DNA of 64,000 bases from Stegostoma tigrinum. Lineage: Eukaryota. The stretch spans positions 42,530,381 to 42,594,380 of the forward strand of contig NC_081379.1 in assembly GCF_030684315.1 (NCBI RefSeq). The letters run 5' to 3'. The notes beneath the pieces were generated by a model that was given only the letters and a program-made list of their open reading frames with translations, searched no databases and had not been told where the DNA came from. The stretch's first letter is position 1, and the number at the start of each line of letters is the position of its first letter. The translations under genes and the position numbers were made by a program. Of the stretch, positions 1 through 12,619 are shown in pieces.

Positions 1-1480
1 CTTTAAGATCTGTCGGAGTCTGAAGAAGCACTTGGTACGGTCCTTTCCACCTTGGCCCAAGCTTGGGGCGATCCCAGTCCCGGACAAGTACAAAATCTCC
101 AATCTGCGGCCACGAAGACCCATCCTGAATCTCGAGGTCTTGTTCCAGTGTCTGCGGAGGCGTTCTGAAGGCGCACTTCACCTGCGAATGGAGAAACTTT
201 AGAGATGATTTTAGCTATCGGAAGAACCTTAGCATTTCTTCTCCTATCATATTTAGGTCAATTTGGGTGGGTGGGCTGGTATTGGCATCCCAGGGTGTTC
301 TGCTGGGTCGGCCATAGACTATTTCCGCTGCTGAAAGCCCAGCAGTAGAGTAGGGTGTCTTTCGCATGTGCTACAAAGCTAGTGACAAAACCTTTAGCCA
401 ATTAAGGCCGGTCTCTAATCTCAACTTGGTTCATTTATTTTTAAGTGTTCCGTTAGCTCTTTCCACTATCCCTGCCACCTGCGGGTGGTAGGCACGGTGG
501 AATTGCTGTTGGTTCGTAACGCATCATACAGTTCCTTATTAATCTTTCCTACAAAGTGAGGGCCGTTGTCCGAACTAATTTGTCGCGGCACTCCAAACCT
601 CGGTATTATTTCAGTTAACAATACTTTTACTACTGATGAGGCTTTGTTGTTTGTCGTTGGGAAAGCCTCTATCCACCTACTGAATACGTCTACAATGACA
701 AGACAACATTTATAACAGTTTACGCGCGGTAATTCAATAAAATCTAGCTGAATGCATTCAAATGGTGCACCTGGCAAGGGTGTTTTTCCTAGTAAGCATC
801 TCACCCCCGATCCACATTGTTTTGCTGGCGTGTGAGACATGATGGTATACGAGGCTGGGCTGTCTCAGTCAGTCTGGGGTGCCACCAGGTACGGAGCATA
901 ATACCACTCATTCCCTCCTTGCCAAAGTGGATGTCAGAATGCAGAGAGTCAACAAGCATAGGTAACAAAGTATCAGGTACACACATTTGATCGATCGGGG
1001 TAACCCAAAGACCTGAGGACGCAGAATGCAAACATCCATGCGCCTTCTAATTATTCTTTTCAGAAGCAGAGGCATCCCCCTGTAAGTGCCGAACAGTGAC
1101 TATATCTGGCATGCCCGTCTTGTCTGAAGGCGTGAGATTTACCGCATGCTTGTTCATACAGGGTACAATACAAATTTGGTCTGCACCAGCCTGTATAGCA
1201 GCCATTTCAGTCCGAGCGTTCCGCCAAGTAAGTATAGAATCAACAAAGGCATGGGCAGCGCATTTGATAATAGTCAATTGTCTAGGGAGGAGGATTGCCT
1301 GGAGAAGGTTTTTAACAGACAGGGAATTTTGGATGGGTGCACCCGAGGACGTTAAAAATCCACACTGAGTCCGAAGAAGGGAGTGGTGCATCAGTAAGGT
1401 CTGGGAGGGGAGAGGTTAGAAATTGGTTCCTTAGCAGGCAGTCATGTGGAGGGTTCGCTCAGAAATGTGGCTGGGTTAAT
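1..1480 (-). pseudogene. ERV pol fragment (connection/RNase H/integrase), degraded; inverted copy of the + strand pol at about 8570-9940, running off the window start
   Basis: Minus-strand ORFs 466-840 (IQLDFIELP..VIVDVFSRWIEAFP..ISSDNGPHF, integrase core), 801-1031 (HHCC region) and 1047-1391 (RNase H: GFLTSSGAPIQN..IIKCAAH). Reverse complement of 1-60 matches 9880-9938. Confidence 0.9.
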
Positions 1481-2859
1481 GGTGGAGCGGCAAGAGATAA
1501 GGAATAAATTGCAGAGAGAATCTGGGAACAAGGGGGTAATCCCTGAGTTACAGTGCCCAGGAGAGTGGAGTAGTGGGCAACTGGTCCTTATAATTCAAGT
1601 TTAATGGGCCTACTGTAAACCTGTCAGATGTATGCGTGTGTGTAAGTGATGCAGTAGACTGCGACAGTTATGTCCTTGATATCTGAAGAATGGCCGCACA
1701 TACACAAGAGGAAGAAACAGGAATGTGGGGTTTAAACCACAATGAGATCAGCCATGATCTTAGTGAATGGCAGAGCACATTTGCAAGGCTGAACAGCCTA
1801 CTCCTGCTCGAAGTCCAAGGTTCACTACTGAGGAATAGCAGGGCGGGGAGGGGGTTATTTGGTGTCAGTGAAGGCCTGCAATACAATTACTGCCATTACA
1901 GAGCAGTACGGTATAAAGTAATCAAATTAACAGCTGACAAATCAGACAAAGACAGTAGAAATGCGACAGGAAGTAGTGGGGGTTCAGGATTGGCTGGCTT
2001 TAATCACATGGCTCCATAGTAGCCCTGGTGTGTGCAGAAGCTGCAGATGAGAGTAGGATGACTGTGCATGTACAGGCAGTAAACAATGAACACTGGAATG
2101 GGGCAGGGGGTTAGGTTCAGAATAGGAGCATTCTCTCCCTCACCGTGTGGACTTAAGTGGAGCACCAAGGAGCGTAGACTGACCAATGGCAGTGATGACG
2201 CTAGTGGTAGTGAGGCAGATCGACACACCGGGTAGGACAGCTTCAATGTCCTCTCCACACGATGATTGCTATCAGTTAGGAGGAAGGGCAACAGGGTTAG
2301 TACATAAGAGGATTCTCTGCTCTGTGCCTTGTCTCAATTTGCACAGTGTCACAATATCCCATTTGCCAAATTGAACCAGGGAGGCAGTGTGGGCACTAAT
2401 ATTGCAGTGGTGTCCCAAACTTAGACAGAGTGTGGCAGGAGGGGATGAAAACTCTAGTTGGTTTAAAAAATTACCAAGCAAGAGTTGGATGTTTTGGAGA
2501 TGTGCGTGTACATCACCATCAGTCAACAACTAGTCAAGAATTATAGTGTAAATTGACCAAATTATACATGCTAAAAAAATTAACCGAATTCACCACACAC
2601 AAAAATCAGAAATTCTTGGAAAAATAAGAGAATTAATGTTTCAGGTCCAGCGACCCTTCCTCAAAACGGGAATGAATGAATGAATGAACGTAAGATTGGG
2701 AAGGTATAAGTGTTCGGACATAGGTGTAGAATAGTTACAGTGTCTGTCTCAACCACCCTGCCTTAGTCTGGTTGTTAAGAGGGGAGATCCCCTATGCGAA
2801 GGTCAGGACCCTGAAGTGGTGTTGAGACTAAGGACACTGGTGTAGTTAGTAGAGATAAG

Positions 2860-5800
2860 TAAAAAGTGGAAGCGCTGGATAAGTCAGGTGTCGGAACCCC
2901 TTTACATCGGTTATGCCGGGATGACCCCAAAAATGAAGTACAGTACAGACATCTGTTGGCGTGCCTAAACAAAAAATTGGGAAATGAGAATTGGCCATTG
3001 GAGGGAACGTGGGATATATTAACTGCCTCAACCTCTCCACCCCTCTCACCCACTCCAACCTCTCCCCCGCAGAACGGGCAGCCCTCCGCTCCCTCCGCTC
3101 CAACTCCAAACTCACCATCAAACCCGCAGACAAGGGTGGTGCAGTGGTAGTATGGCGCACTGTCCTCTACATCGCCGAGGCCAAACACCAACTCTCCGAC
3201 ACCTCCTCCTACCGCCCTCTCGATCATGACCCCACCCCCGAGCACCAAACCATCATCTCCAACACCATTCATGACCTCATCACCTCAGAGGATCTCCCAC
3301 CCACAGCCTCCAACCTTATTATTCCCCAACCCTGCACGGCCCATTTCTATCTCCTTCCCAAAATCCACAAACCTGCCTGCCCTGGTCGACCCATCGTCTC
3401 AGCCTGTTCCTGCCCCACGGAACTCATCTCCACCTATCTAGACTCCATTTTCTCCCCTTTGGCCCAGGAACTCCCGACTTACGTCCGTGACACCACCCAC
3501 GTCCTCCACCTCCTCCAGAGCTTCCAATTCCCTGGCCCCCAACACCTCATTTTCACCATGGACATCCAGTCCCTATACACCTGTATTCCGCATGCAGATG
3601 GCCTCAAGGCCCTCCGCTTCTTCCTGTCCCACAGGCTCAACCAGCCCCCCTCCACTGACACCCTCATCCGCCTAGCCGAACTCGTCCTCACCCTCAACAA
3701 CTTCTCTTTCGATTCCTCCCACTTCCTACAGACAAAGGGGGTGGCCATGGGCACCCGCATGGGCCCCAGCTATGCCTGCCTCTTTGTAGGTTAAGTGGAA
3801 CAGTTCCTCTTCCGCACCTGCACAGGCCCCAAACCCCACCTCTTCCTCCGGTACATTGATGACTGTATCGGCGCCACCTCTTGCACCCCAGAGGAGCTCG
3901 AACAGTTCATCTACTTCACCAACACCTTCCACCCCAACCTTCAGTTCACCTGGGCCATCTCCAGCACATCCCTCACCTTCCTGGACCTCTCAGTCTCCAT
4001 CTCAGGCAACCAGCTTGTAACTGATGTCCATTTCAAGCCCACCGACTCCCACAGCTACCTAGAATACACCTCCTCCCACCCACCCTCCTGCAAAAATTCC
4101 ATCCCCTATTCCCAATTCCTCTGCCTCCACCGCATCTGCTCCCATGATGAGGTAATCCATTCCCACACATCCCAAATGTCCATGTTCTTCAAGGACCGCA
4201 ACTTTACCCCCACAGTGGTCGAGAATGTCCTTGACCACGTCTCCCGCATTTCCCGCAACACATCCCTCACACCCCGCCCCCGTCACAGCAACGCAAAGAG
4301 GATCCTCCTCGTTCTCACACACCACCCCACCAACCTCCGGATACAACGCATCATCCCCTGACACTTCCGCCATCTACAATCCGACCCCACCACCCAAGAC
4401 ATTTTTCCATCCCCACCCTTGTCTGCTTTCCGGAGAGATCACTCTCTCCGTGACTCCCTTGTTCGCTCCACACTGCCCTCCAACCCCACCACACCCGGCA
4501 CCTTCCCCTGCAACCGCAGGAAGTGCTACACTTGCCCCCACACCTCCTCCCTCACCCCCATCCCAGGCCCCAAGATGACTTTCCATATTAAGCAGAGATT
4601 CACCTGCACATCTGCCAATGTGGTATACTGTATCCATTGTACCCGGTGTGGCTTCCTCTACATTGGGGAAACCAAGCGGAGGCTCGGGGACCGTTTTGCA
4701 GAACACCTCTGCTCGGTTCACAATAAACAACTGCAGTCCCAGTCGCGAACCATTTCCACTCCCCCTCCACTTCTTTAGATGACATGTCCATCCTGGGCCT
4801 CCTGCAGTGCCACAATGATGCCACCCGAAGGTTGCAGGAACAGCAACTCATATTCCGCCTGGGAACCCTGCAGCCCAATGGAATCAATGTGGACTTCACC
4901 AGCTTCAAAATCTCCCCTTCCCCCACCGCAACCCAAAACCAGCCCAGTTTGTCCCCTCTCCCCACTGCACCACACAACCAGCCCAGCTCTTCCCCATCCA
5001 CCCACTGCATCCCAAAACCAGTCCAGCCTGCCTCTGCCTCTCTAACCTGTTCTTCCTCTCACCTATCCCTTCTTCCCGCCCCAAGCCGCACCTCCATCTC
5101 CTACCTACTAACCTCATCCCACCTCCTTGACCTGTCCGTCTTCCCTGGACTGACCTATCTCCTCCCTACCTCCCCACCTATACTCTCCTCTCCACCTATC
5201 TTCTTTTCTCTCCATCTTCGGTCCCCCTCCCCCTCTCTCCCTATTTATTCCAGAACCCTCACCCCATCCCCCTCTCTGATGAAGGGTCTAGGCCCAAAAC
5301 GTCAGCTTTTGTGCTCCTGAGATGCTGCTGGGCCTGCTGTTCATCCAGCCTCACATTTTATTATGTGGGATATAGATCTATGTACTAAAGCAGAAGAGGC
5401 ACTGGAAAGGGTTAATGTCATTCTGGAGAAAGAGAGCTGAGGAGTTGACTGAAAACTCAAAACTGGTCAGTTAGGTGGATAATGCACGTAGGAAAGAGAT
5501 CAGTGCCTATGATAGTGAGGGGAAACCTAAACCTGGGGAAGTTTTAAAACTGCAATCTGAGGGCCACGAGATGAATGAAAGGGAAGGAGTTCAACAAGAA
5601 AGGCTGGAGAGAGAACAACGAGACAAAGAACGGGGTCTAGAGCGGCAGGCCGCGTTGACAGAAAACAAAAAATCGGAAGTATCTCCTGACATATCTGGCA
5701 TGCCGATGTTGTTCCAAATTAGTAATACAGATGAGCAAGATAAGGAGGACTGGGGAAGGCACCCCTCTGCCCTATCGGGACCACTACCCCCTCCACAACC

Positions 5801-6490
5801 CTAACCGTCCTTGGCCAACCTACATCTGCAGGCACCCCAACACTGCCATCAGTCCCAGCAATCGCCTGCAGCCCTATCACCGTCACCGTACGCTGACCAC
5901 ACCAAACCTCCTGCTATAGAATCTCCAAGCCTTCAGTAGTCAGCCCACATGAATCTCCTGACAAAACCGCGGCTTGTACAGATTCTATCTCCTGTCGAAC
6001 TAGGTCTGAAATTAAACAGACAAACAGGAAGCAGAATACAGAACAGACCGTTAGTGGGCAAGAGGAGGGACGGCAGGATTCTTTTAAAACCCACAAGGGA
6101 AGTGCGGGAAAACATAAGTCCCGTGTACAGTTCACTGGACCCTTTAGCACCTGTTTAGTGTTCCCTAGCGATTCTACAAGCAGCGAAGAGTATGATAGTC
6201 CTGACTCACAGGCAGGGGATAGTGAATGTGAGGACAGAGTTTGGGAGAGACCCTCGGATAACCGTCCCCTAAAGAAGGACCCCCGTAAGAAAAATCACCG
6301 ACAATTTCCTAATTGCACAGCCCCTCACCCGAACCCAACACAAAAAGGGGTCAAAATATAATGCAGATCTATACCCTTTGGAAGCCACAAGAGATTTGTT
6401 CAGTTATGTCAAGGGCCCCTGATCGAAAGACTAACCCAGAAGATTTTATAGATTACATCCTGGGCACTTTTCAAATATATCAAGCCACCA
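2860..6490 (+). pseudogene. ERV gag (gamma/epsilon-like), degraded and interrupted by a Penelope insertion
   Basis: Matrix-like peptide ...NWPLEGTWDI (2866-3018) resumes after the insertion as WDIDLCTKAEEAL (from 5365). Pro-rich middle region and capsid-start-like YTLWKPQEICSVMSRAPDRKTNPEDFIDYI (about 6360-6480). Multiple stops and frameshifts. Confidence 0.7.
3019..5364 (+). mobile_element. Penelope-like retroelement (5'-truncated; RT + GIY-YIG endonuclease), defective
   Basis: IKPADKGGAVV, FYLLPKIHK, GVAMGTRMGPSYA, LRYIDD, CNRRKCYTC and YIGETKRRLGDRFAEH motifs. Stops at 3792 and 4359. 10-bp TSD GTGGGATATA at 3009-3018 and 5365-5374. Confidence 0.93.
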
Positions 6491-6514
6491 CCACCCCCCC
6501 CCCCCCCCCCCCAA

Positions 6515-6918
6515 GATCTCTTTAGCCATTGCTGCATCTATGCTGCGCTGTCCAGCCCTCAGGGTCAGTCCCAGGAACTTGACCTCCCTCAACCCTAACT
6601 GTGCCTTCTTAGGGTTTACCTTTAACCCGCTCTTGCACAGGGGTTGTAACAACTCACTAAGTAGGGGGCCATGTTCCTCACTATTGTCTGTGAACAACAG
6701 GATGTCGTCCACGTACTGTACAAGCCTGTGTGGCTCAATGAAATCTTTTAAACAGTCTGCCATACACTGGCGGGGAATGCTGGGGCTATTATGGAAACCC
6801 TGTGGCAGACAACTCCACGTGTACTGTTGTCCTTTAAAAGTAAATGCAAATTTGTACTGGTCCTCCTGCCGGACCGGGACAGACCAGAAACCATTAGAAA
6901 TATCCAGCACCGTGAAAT
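6515..6918 (-). pseudogene. Retroviral reverse-transcriptase core fragment, inverted relative to the flanking gag/pol
   Basis: FTVLDISNGFWSVP..FAFTFKGQQYTWSCLPQGFHNSP..VQYVDDILL..KKAQL..VKFLG. Confidence 0.9.
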
Positions 6919-8344
6919 TCCACCCCCTCCCACCCCCGCTTTAAAGCAGGAGAGCGCCTTTCCATCAATGGCACGCGCCATTGTTTTGAAATTCACAACC
7001 ACTTATCCAGGTAATTGATACCTCTTGAAACTGCCGGCTGCGGTTTCTCCCACAGCTGTGGCTCCGCTGGGTCCTAGGGCCCGTCGTCGATTCCAGTTCT
7101 GAGGACAGGTCGCTGAACCTGAAACATTAATTCTTTCTTTTAAGAATTTCTGATTTTTGTGTGCGATAAATTTGGTTAATTTTTCAGCATGTGTAATTTG
7201 GTCAATCAGTTGTACTTTTCTCCTGTAACCAGTGAAAGGAATCCTGGAGCCATGATTTTCCTGACTGTGCTAGAACAAAATTATTTGACAGAAATGGTGC
7301 CTGCTTCTGTTTAAGAGCAACCTTTATGGTGAACCCTTCAACCACTATTCTGGGTCTGTTCAAATAGTGTTTACACTATAATTCTTGAGTAGCTGTTGAC
7401 TGATGGTTGTGTACGCACACATCAACAAACATCCAACTCTTGCTTGGTAATTTTTTAAACCAAACAGAGTTTTCTTCCCCCCTCCTGCCACTCTCTCTCT
7501 AAGTTCGGGAACCACTGCAATGTTAGTGCCCATACTGCCTCCCTGGTTCAGTTTAGCAAACGGGATGTTGTGACACTGTGCAAATGAGACATGTCACAGA
7601 GCAGAGATTCCTCCTGTGTACTAACCCTATTGCCCTTCCTCCCAAACGATAGCAATCATCATGTGGAGTGGGTATTGAAGCTGTCCCAGCCCGTGTGTAG
7701 GCCTGCCTCACTACCACCAGCGTCATCACTGCCATTGGTCAGTCTACGTCCTTGGTGCTCCCCTTAAGTACGCAAGGTGAGGGAGAGAATGCTCCTATTC
7801 TGAACCCATCCCCTGCCCCATCCCAGTGTTCACTGTTTACTGCCTGTAAGTGGAAAGTCGTCCTACTCTCGTCTGCTGCTTCTGCACACACCAGGGCTGC
7901 TATGATTAAGTGATTAAAGCCAACCTATCCTGAACCCCCACTACGTGCTGTAGCATTTCTTCTGTGTTTGAATGATTTGTTAGCTGATAACTTGATTACT
8001 TTCCTTTGTATCGTACAGCTCTGTTAAGGCAGTGATTGTGTTCCAGGCCTTCGCTGACACCACCCCCCCCCCCCCACTGACACCGCCCCCCCCAACATTC
8101 CTGCTTCTTCCTCTTGTGTATGTGCTGCCATTCTTCAGATATCAAGGACATAACTGTCGCAGTCTGCTACATCACTACTGCGTCATACTGAAACTGACAG
8201 GTTTACAGTAGGCCCTTTAAACTTGAACTCTAACGACCGGTTGCCTACTACTCCACTCACCTGGACACTGTAGCTCAGGGATTAGCCCTTGTTCCCAGAT
8301 TATCCCTGCGATTTATTCCTTATCTCTTCCTGCTCGACTATTGT

Positions 8345-9985
8345 TGATGGCAGTTCCTCCATATCCCTCTTGGGTAACCCATCTCTGGATATGCGATTGT
8401 CCATGCTACCTCCACATTAGAATCGGCGGTATTTGAGACTCCGATGTGCTCAGCAGACAGTAATTTTTGCCCTCACCCGACCCTGCATTCTCGCCGCAGG
8501 GAAGCCAGCAAATATTTATACCGACTCTTGGTATGCCTTCGGAGTCTCCCACGACTTTGGCCAGTTGTGGTCTCAGCGTGGATTTTTAACGTCCGCGGGT
8601 ATGCCCATTCAGAATTCCCTGCACGTTAGAAACCTTCTCCAGGCAATCCTCCTCCCTAAACAATTGGCTATTATCAAATGCGCTGCCCATGCCTCCAATC
8701 ATTCTAAAGTTACTCAGGGCAAAACTCGGGCTGATGTGGCTGCTAAACAGGCTGCTGCAGACCAAATTTTTATTGTGCCCTCTATGAACAAAAGGCGGTG
8801 AATCGCACGCCTCTTCAGACAAGACAGGCATGCCAGATACAGTCACTGTTCAGGCCCTTACAGGGGGACGCCTCTGCTTCTGAAAAGGATATTTGGAAGG
8901 CGCACGGATGTTCGCATTCTGCGTCCTCAGGTCTTTGGGTTACCCCGATCGATCAAGTGTGTGTCCCTGATACTTTGTTACCTATGCTTGTTGACTGTCT
9001 GCATTCTGACACCCACTTTGGCAAGGAGCGAATGAGTGGTATTATGCTCCGTACCTGGTGGCATCCCAGACTGACTGAGGCAGCCCAGCCTCGTGTAGCA
9101 TCATGTCTCACATGCCAGCAAAACAATGTGGATCAGGGGGTGAGATGCTCACCAGGAAAAACACCCTTGCCAGGCGGGCCGTTTGAATGCATTCAGCTAG
9201 ATTTTATTGAATTACCGCGCGTAAACTGTTACAAATATTGTCTTGTCATTGTAGATGTATTCAGTAGGTGGATAGAGGCTTTCCCAACGACAAACAACAA
9301 AGCCTCAACAGTAGTAAAACTATTAACTGAAATAATACCGAGGTTTGGAGTGCCGCGACAAATTAGTTCGGACAACGGCCCTCACTTTGCAGGAAAGATT
9401 AATAAGGAACTGTATGATGCGTTACGAATCCAACAGCAATTCCACCGTGCCGACCACCCCCAGGCGGCGGGGATAGTGGAAAGAGCTAACAGAACACTTA
9501 AAAATAAATGAACCAAGTTGAGATTAGAGACCGGCCTTAATTGGCTAAAGGTTTTGCCACTAGCTTTGTATCACATGGGAATAACACCCAACTCTACGAC
9601 TGGACTCTTAGCAGAAATAGTCTATGGCTTACCCAGCAGAACACCCTGGGATGCCAACACCAGCCCACCCACCTAAATTGACCTAAATGTGATGGGAGAA
9701 GAAATGCAAAGGTGCTTCCGACAACTAACATCATCTTTAAAGTTTCTCCATTCGCAAGTGAAGTGCGCCTTCAGACCGCCTCTGCAGACACCGGACCAAG
9801 ACCTCAAGAATCAGGATGGGTCTTCGTGGCTGCAGATTGGAGATTTTGTACTTGTCCGGCACTGGAATCGTCCCAAGCTTGGACCAAGGTGGAAAGGGCC
9901 ATATCAAGTGCTTCTTCAGACTCCGACAGCTCTTAAAATTGAAGAACAGAATCACTGGATCCACCAAAGTGACCGTAAACGATAG
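8345..9985 (+). pseudogene. ERV pol RNase H + integrase, degraded
   Basis: ANIYTDSWYAFG (RNase H), H-x3-H..C-x2-C zinc finger, D-D-E core (QLDFIE, SSDNG, IVERANRTLK), C-terminal [16 protein letters not shown]. Stops and frameshifts present. Confidence 0.92.
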
Positions 9986-10017
9986 ATTCCCTCATCAACT
10001 TGCAATAAACCGTTGGA

Positions 10018-11323
10018 ATGACTATTATTTTGCCCGTGCATGGCCAGCAGGACAATCTGTTTTATAGAACACACATCCAGCTGCACGGGAATCAGGCAAC
10101 ATGTTACCCGCGACCACGGCCTGTAGAAGCATTATTTGTGGCAACACCAGCCTGGAACCCTAGTCAGCTTTATGAAGTAGAGAATTCCGGTAAATCTTGC
10201 TGAGGGGAGAGGGGAACTTGGATGAGAGGTGTGCAGGGTAAATGTGTGGAATTGGTAGTTAATGGCCCCTCTGGTTGTGGGGACACTAGACCTAGGCATG
10301 GGAAGGAAGGGGCTAACTGTACAAATCCCAACAGCTATCTGTTTTGCCTTAATAGGGCTGGGGTTTGTTGAGTGCCTGCTGTAGTCACGAATCACCCCCA
10401 TAACTTTCCCTGGCCCAATCGGTGGGCAAAGAGAAATTGCACCACCAGAGGAGGACTGTTGAACTACTCCAGTTAGAATCTAAGCCAGTAACGGTGACCC
10501 CGGGCATACAGTGGACTTGTGGGGATTGCAATAGCAACAATGTAGAAACGGACTACGGGTCATTTCCATTTAACTCCGCAAATTTCCATCCATATCGGAG
10601 TCAGTCCTCCGGGAATACCTATCAAGGAATACGTGAGTCTGTGACCTGCTACCGGGCTAAGAAGGGATTTGATTTCCTCCTTAACGGGACCTTCACTACT
10701 GCCACTCCAACTTTGCTGGTGTTGTTTGCCCTTGGGACCATTGGGCCCCTCACGGTCCCTTGACCCCAACAAGCACGAATTCAACGGCCAATTGTCACAT
10801 GCTTCCTGAGCCGGGGGTTTTGAGCTACGTGGCCGAACCTGATTGCCTTGGGCTCCTCCTTGAGAATACGGCTTCCTGGGAACTGTCAGCTTGGGAGGCT
10901 CCCCTGGGGTGGTGGCCACAAAAAAATCGAAATTACCGTGTATGTGGACTTACCGCCCTCGGAAACAGTACAATGACGGCATTGGAGGCAGTCAACCAAG
11001 AATTAGCCGAACTTCGGCTCTATGCTCAGCAAACCCGGTATGCAGTGGACTACCAGCTAGCTCAGCAAGGAGGAGTATGCGCTATTATCGGGGACAAGTA
11101 CATTACCCACGTCACCAACGAGTCCTATAACATTACCCAGGCTGTCCAAGCAATACAGGGGCAGTTGGAACAGCACAGTGAGGGACCCCGGCCCGGGGAG
11201 GGTTTGTTGGGATGGCTTATGAGTTGTTCTTGGGGCTCATACTGGCTACATGGATTAGTTGTTCTAGTAGTTATGCTGTACATTTATGTCATGCCTGAAC
11301 CCTTGCTGCAGATTTGTGTTTGA
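10018..11323 (+). pseudogene. ERV env (SU + TM), degraded
   Basis: TM heptad and ISD-like QQTRYAVDYQLAQQGGVCAIIG followed by a hydrophobic membrane anchor (WLHGLVVLVVMLYIYV). Lies between integrase and the PPT/LTR. Confidence 0.85.
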
Positions 11324-11372
11324 CAGGCTGGCAGCTCCTTCTCGACCCCGATGTAGGTTGTCATGAAATGAT

Positions 11373-11384
11373 AAAAGGAGGGAA
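11373..11384 (+). other. Polypurine tract of the ERV
   Basis: AAAAGGAGGGAA immediately before the TG start of the LTR. Confidence 0.8.
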
Positions 11385-12145
11385 TGAGATGTTATCGTGA
11401 TAACATCCCATTGATTTCTATACTTCTATAAATTAATGTCCTTTATCTGCTTACACAAAGGTATGCAGACACTGCCTTAAAACTTCCTGCCCAACTAGAA
11501 GTTAGGTTTAAAACTTTGTAATTCCTCATCTTCCTACACATAGGTGTGCACACACTGCCATAAGCTTCATGCCTGAATAGAATTAGAGTTAAACTGTGCA
11601 AATCTTTATCTTCCTGCATGGTGTGTAAGTGGAAACTGTCTCAAATAAAGTTAAATGAGGAGCATTTGTAAAGGTGTGAGACTTCTGAAGTATGTAACTT
11701 CCGTTTCTGACACTGACTTTTGTTCAAGCCAGGCACTTCGGCAACTTGAAATTACATTCTGCCACTTCGGCAACTTGGAATCGGCTCCTGCCATTAGCAG
11801 TCACTTCACGAACGGTTGAAACTATATCCTGCTCTCTTTGTGTTTTTGATGTAATAATTGTTTTGTATCATGTCTTTGTCTGCCGCAGTAATTGTTTGAT
11901 GTATCTTGCCATTGTGAGATGTAAAATTGCTTTATGTAGCATACACTTGATAAGGTATAAGAAGCAGGGACTGTCCGCTGCTCGGGGAGAATTGCTTACG
12001 AGACTCTCCACTCTGTGCTGGGTTGAGTACAGTGATTCTGCAGAGCTTGTACTTGCTTTGTAACAAAGAGTTTGTGTTTTTCTAAACAGGTCAGCGTCTT
12101 GGTATTGCATCAAGTCCGTGAGGGTCTCCAAAAACGAACCTAACA
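11385..12145 (+). mobile_element. ERV 3' LTR (about 760 bp, TG...CA)
   Basis: Starts TGAGATG after the PPT and ends CCTAACA. Colinear with the second copy at 15910-16660. TATA-like GTATAA near 11955. Confidence 0.9.
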
Positions 12146-12619
12146 ATTAGAGTAAACAAAAGTAGTACTTTCTAGATTCCAAGGCACCCATTGCGAGGGC
12201 CAGTTGTGATGGAGTCATAACACCTTGAGGTGCCCAAGATAATTTTCAGGCAATAGGGTTCAAATCTCATCAAGGCACCTTACGGAATTCCAGTTCAATC
12301 AACAAACTCTGGAATTGAAAACTGGCCCACTAAAATATCATTGATTGGTGCTAATGCAGAACTGGTTCAATAATATCTACCAGACAAGGCAAAATTATCT
12401 GGTTTGGCCTACTTGTGAAACTATTCCACGGAAATGCGGTTGGCAGTCATCAGCTCTCTGAAATGGCTCAGTGAATGATGACGGATAGGCAATAATTCTT
12501 GGCTTTTCTGGTGATGCCCACATCCCAACAAACAATACATAAATAAAATGTACGAAATTGTCATCAGATGCACATTGAATGTAGCCTTGAATGCCTATTC
12601 TTTATGAATACTGAATACT

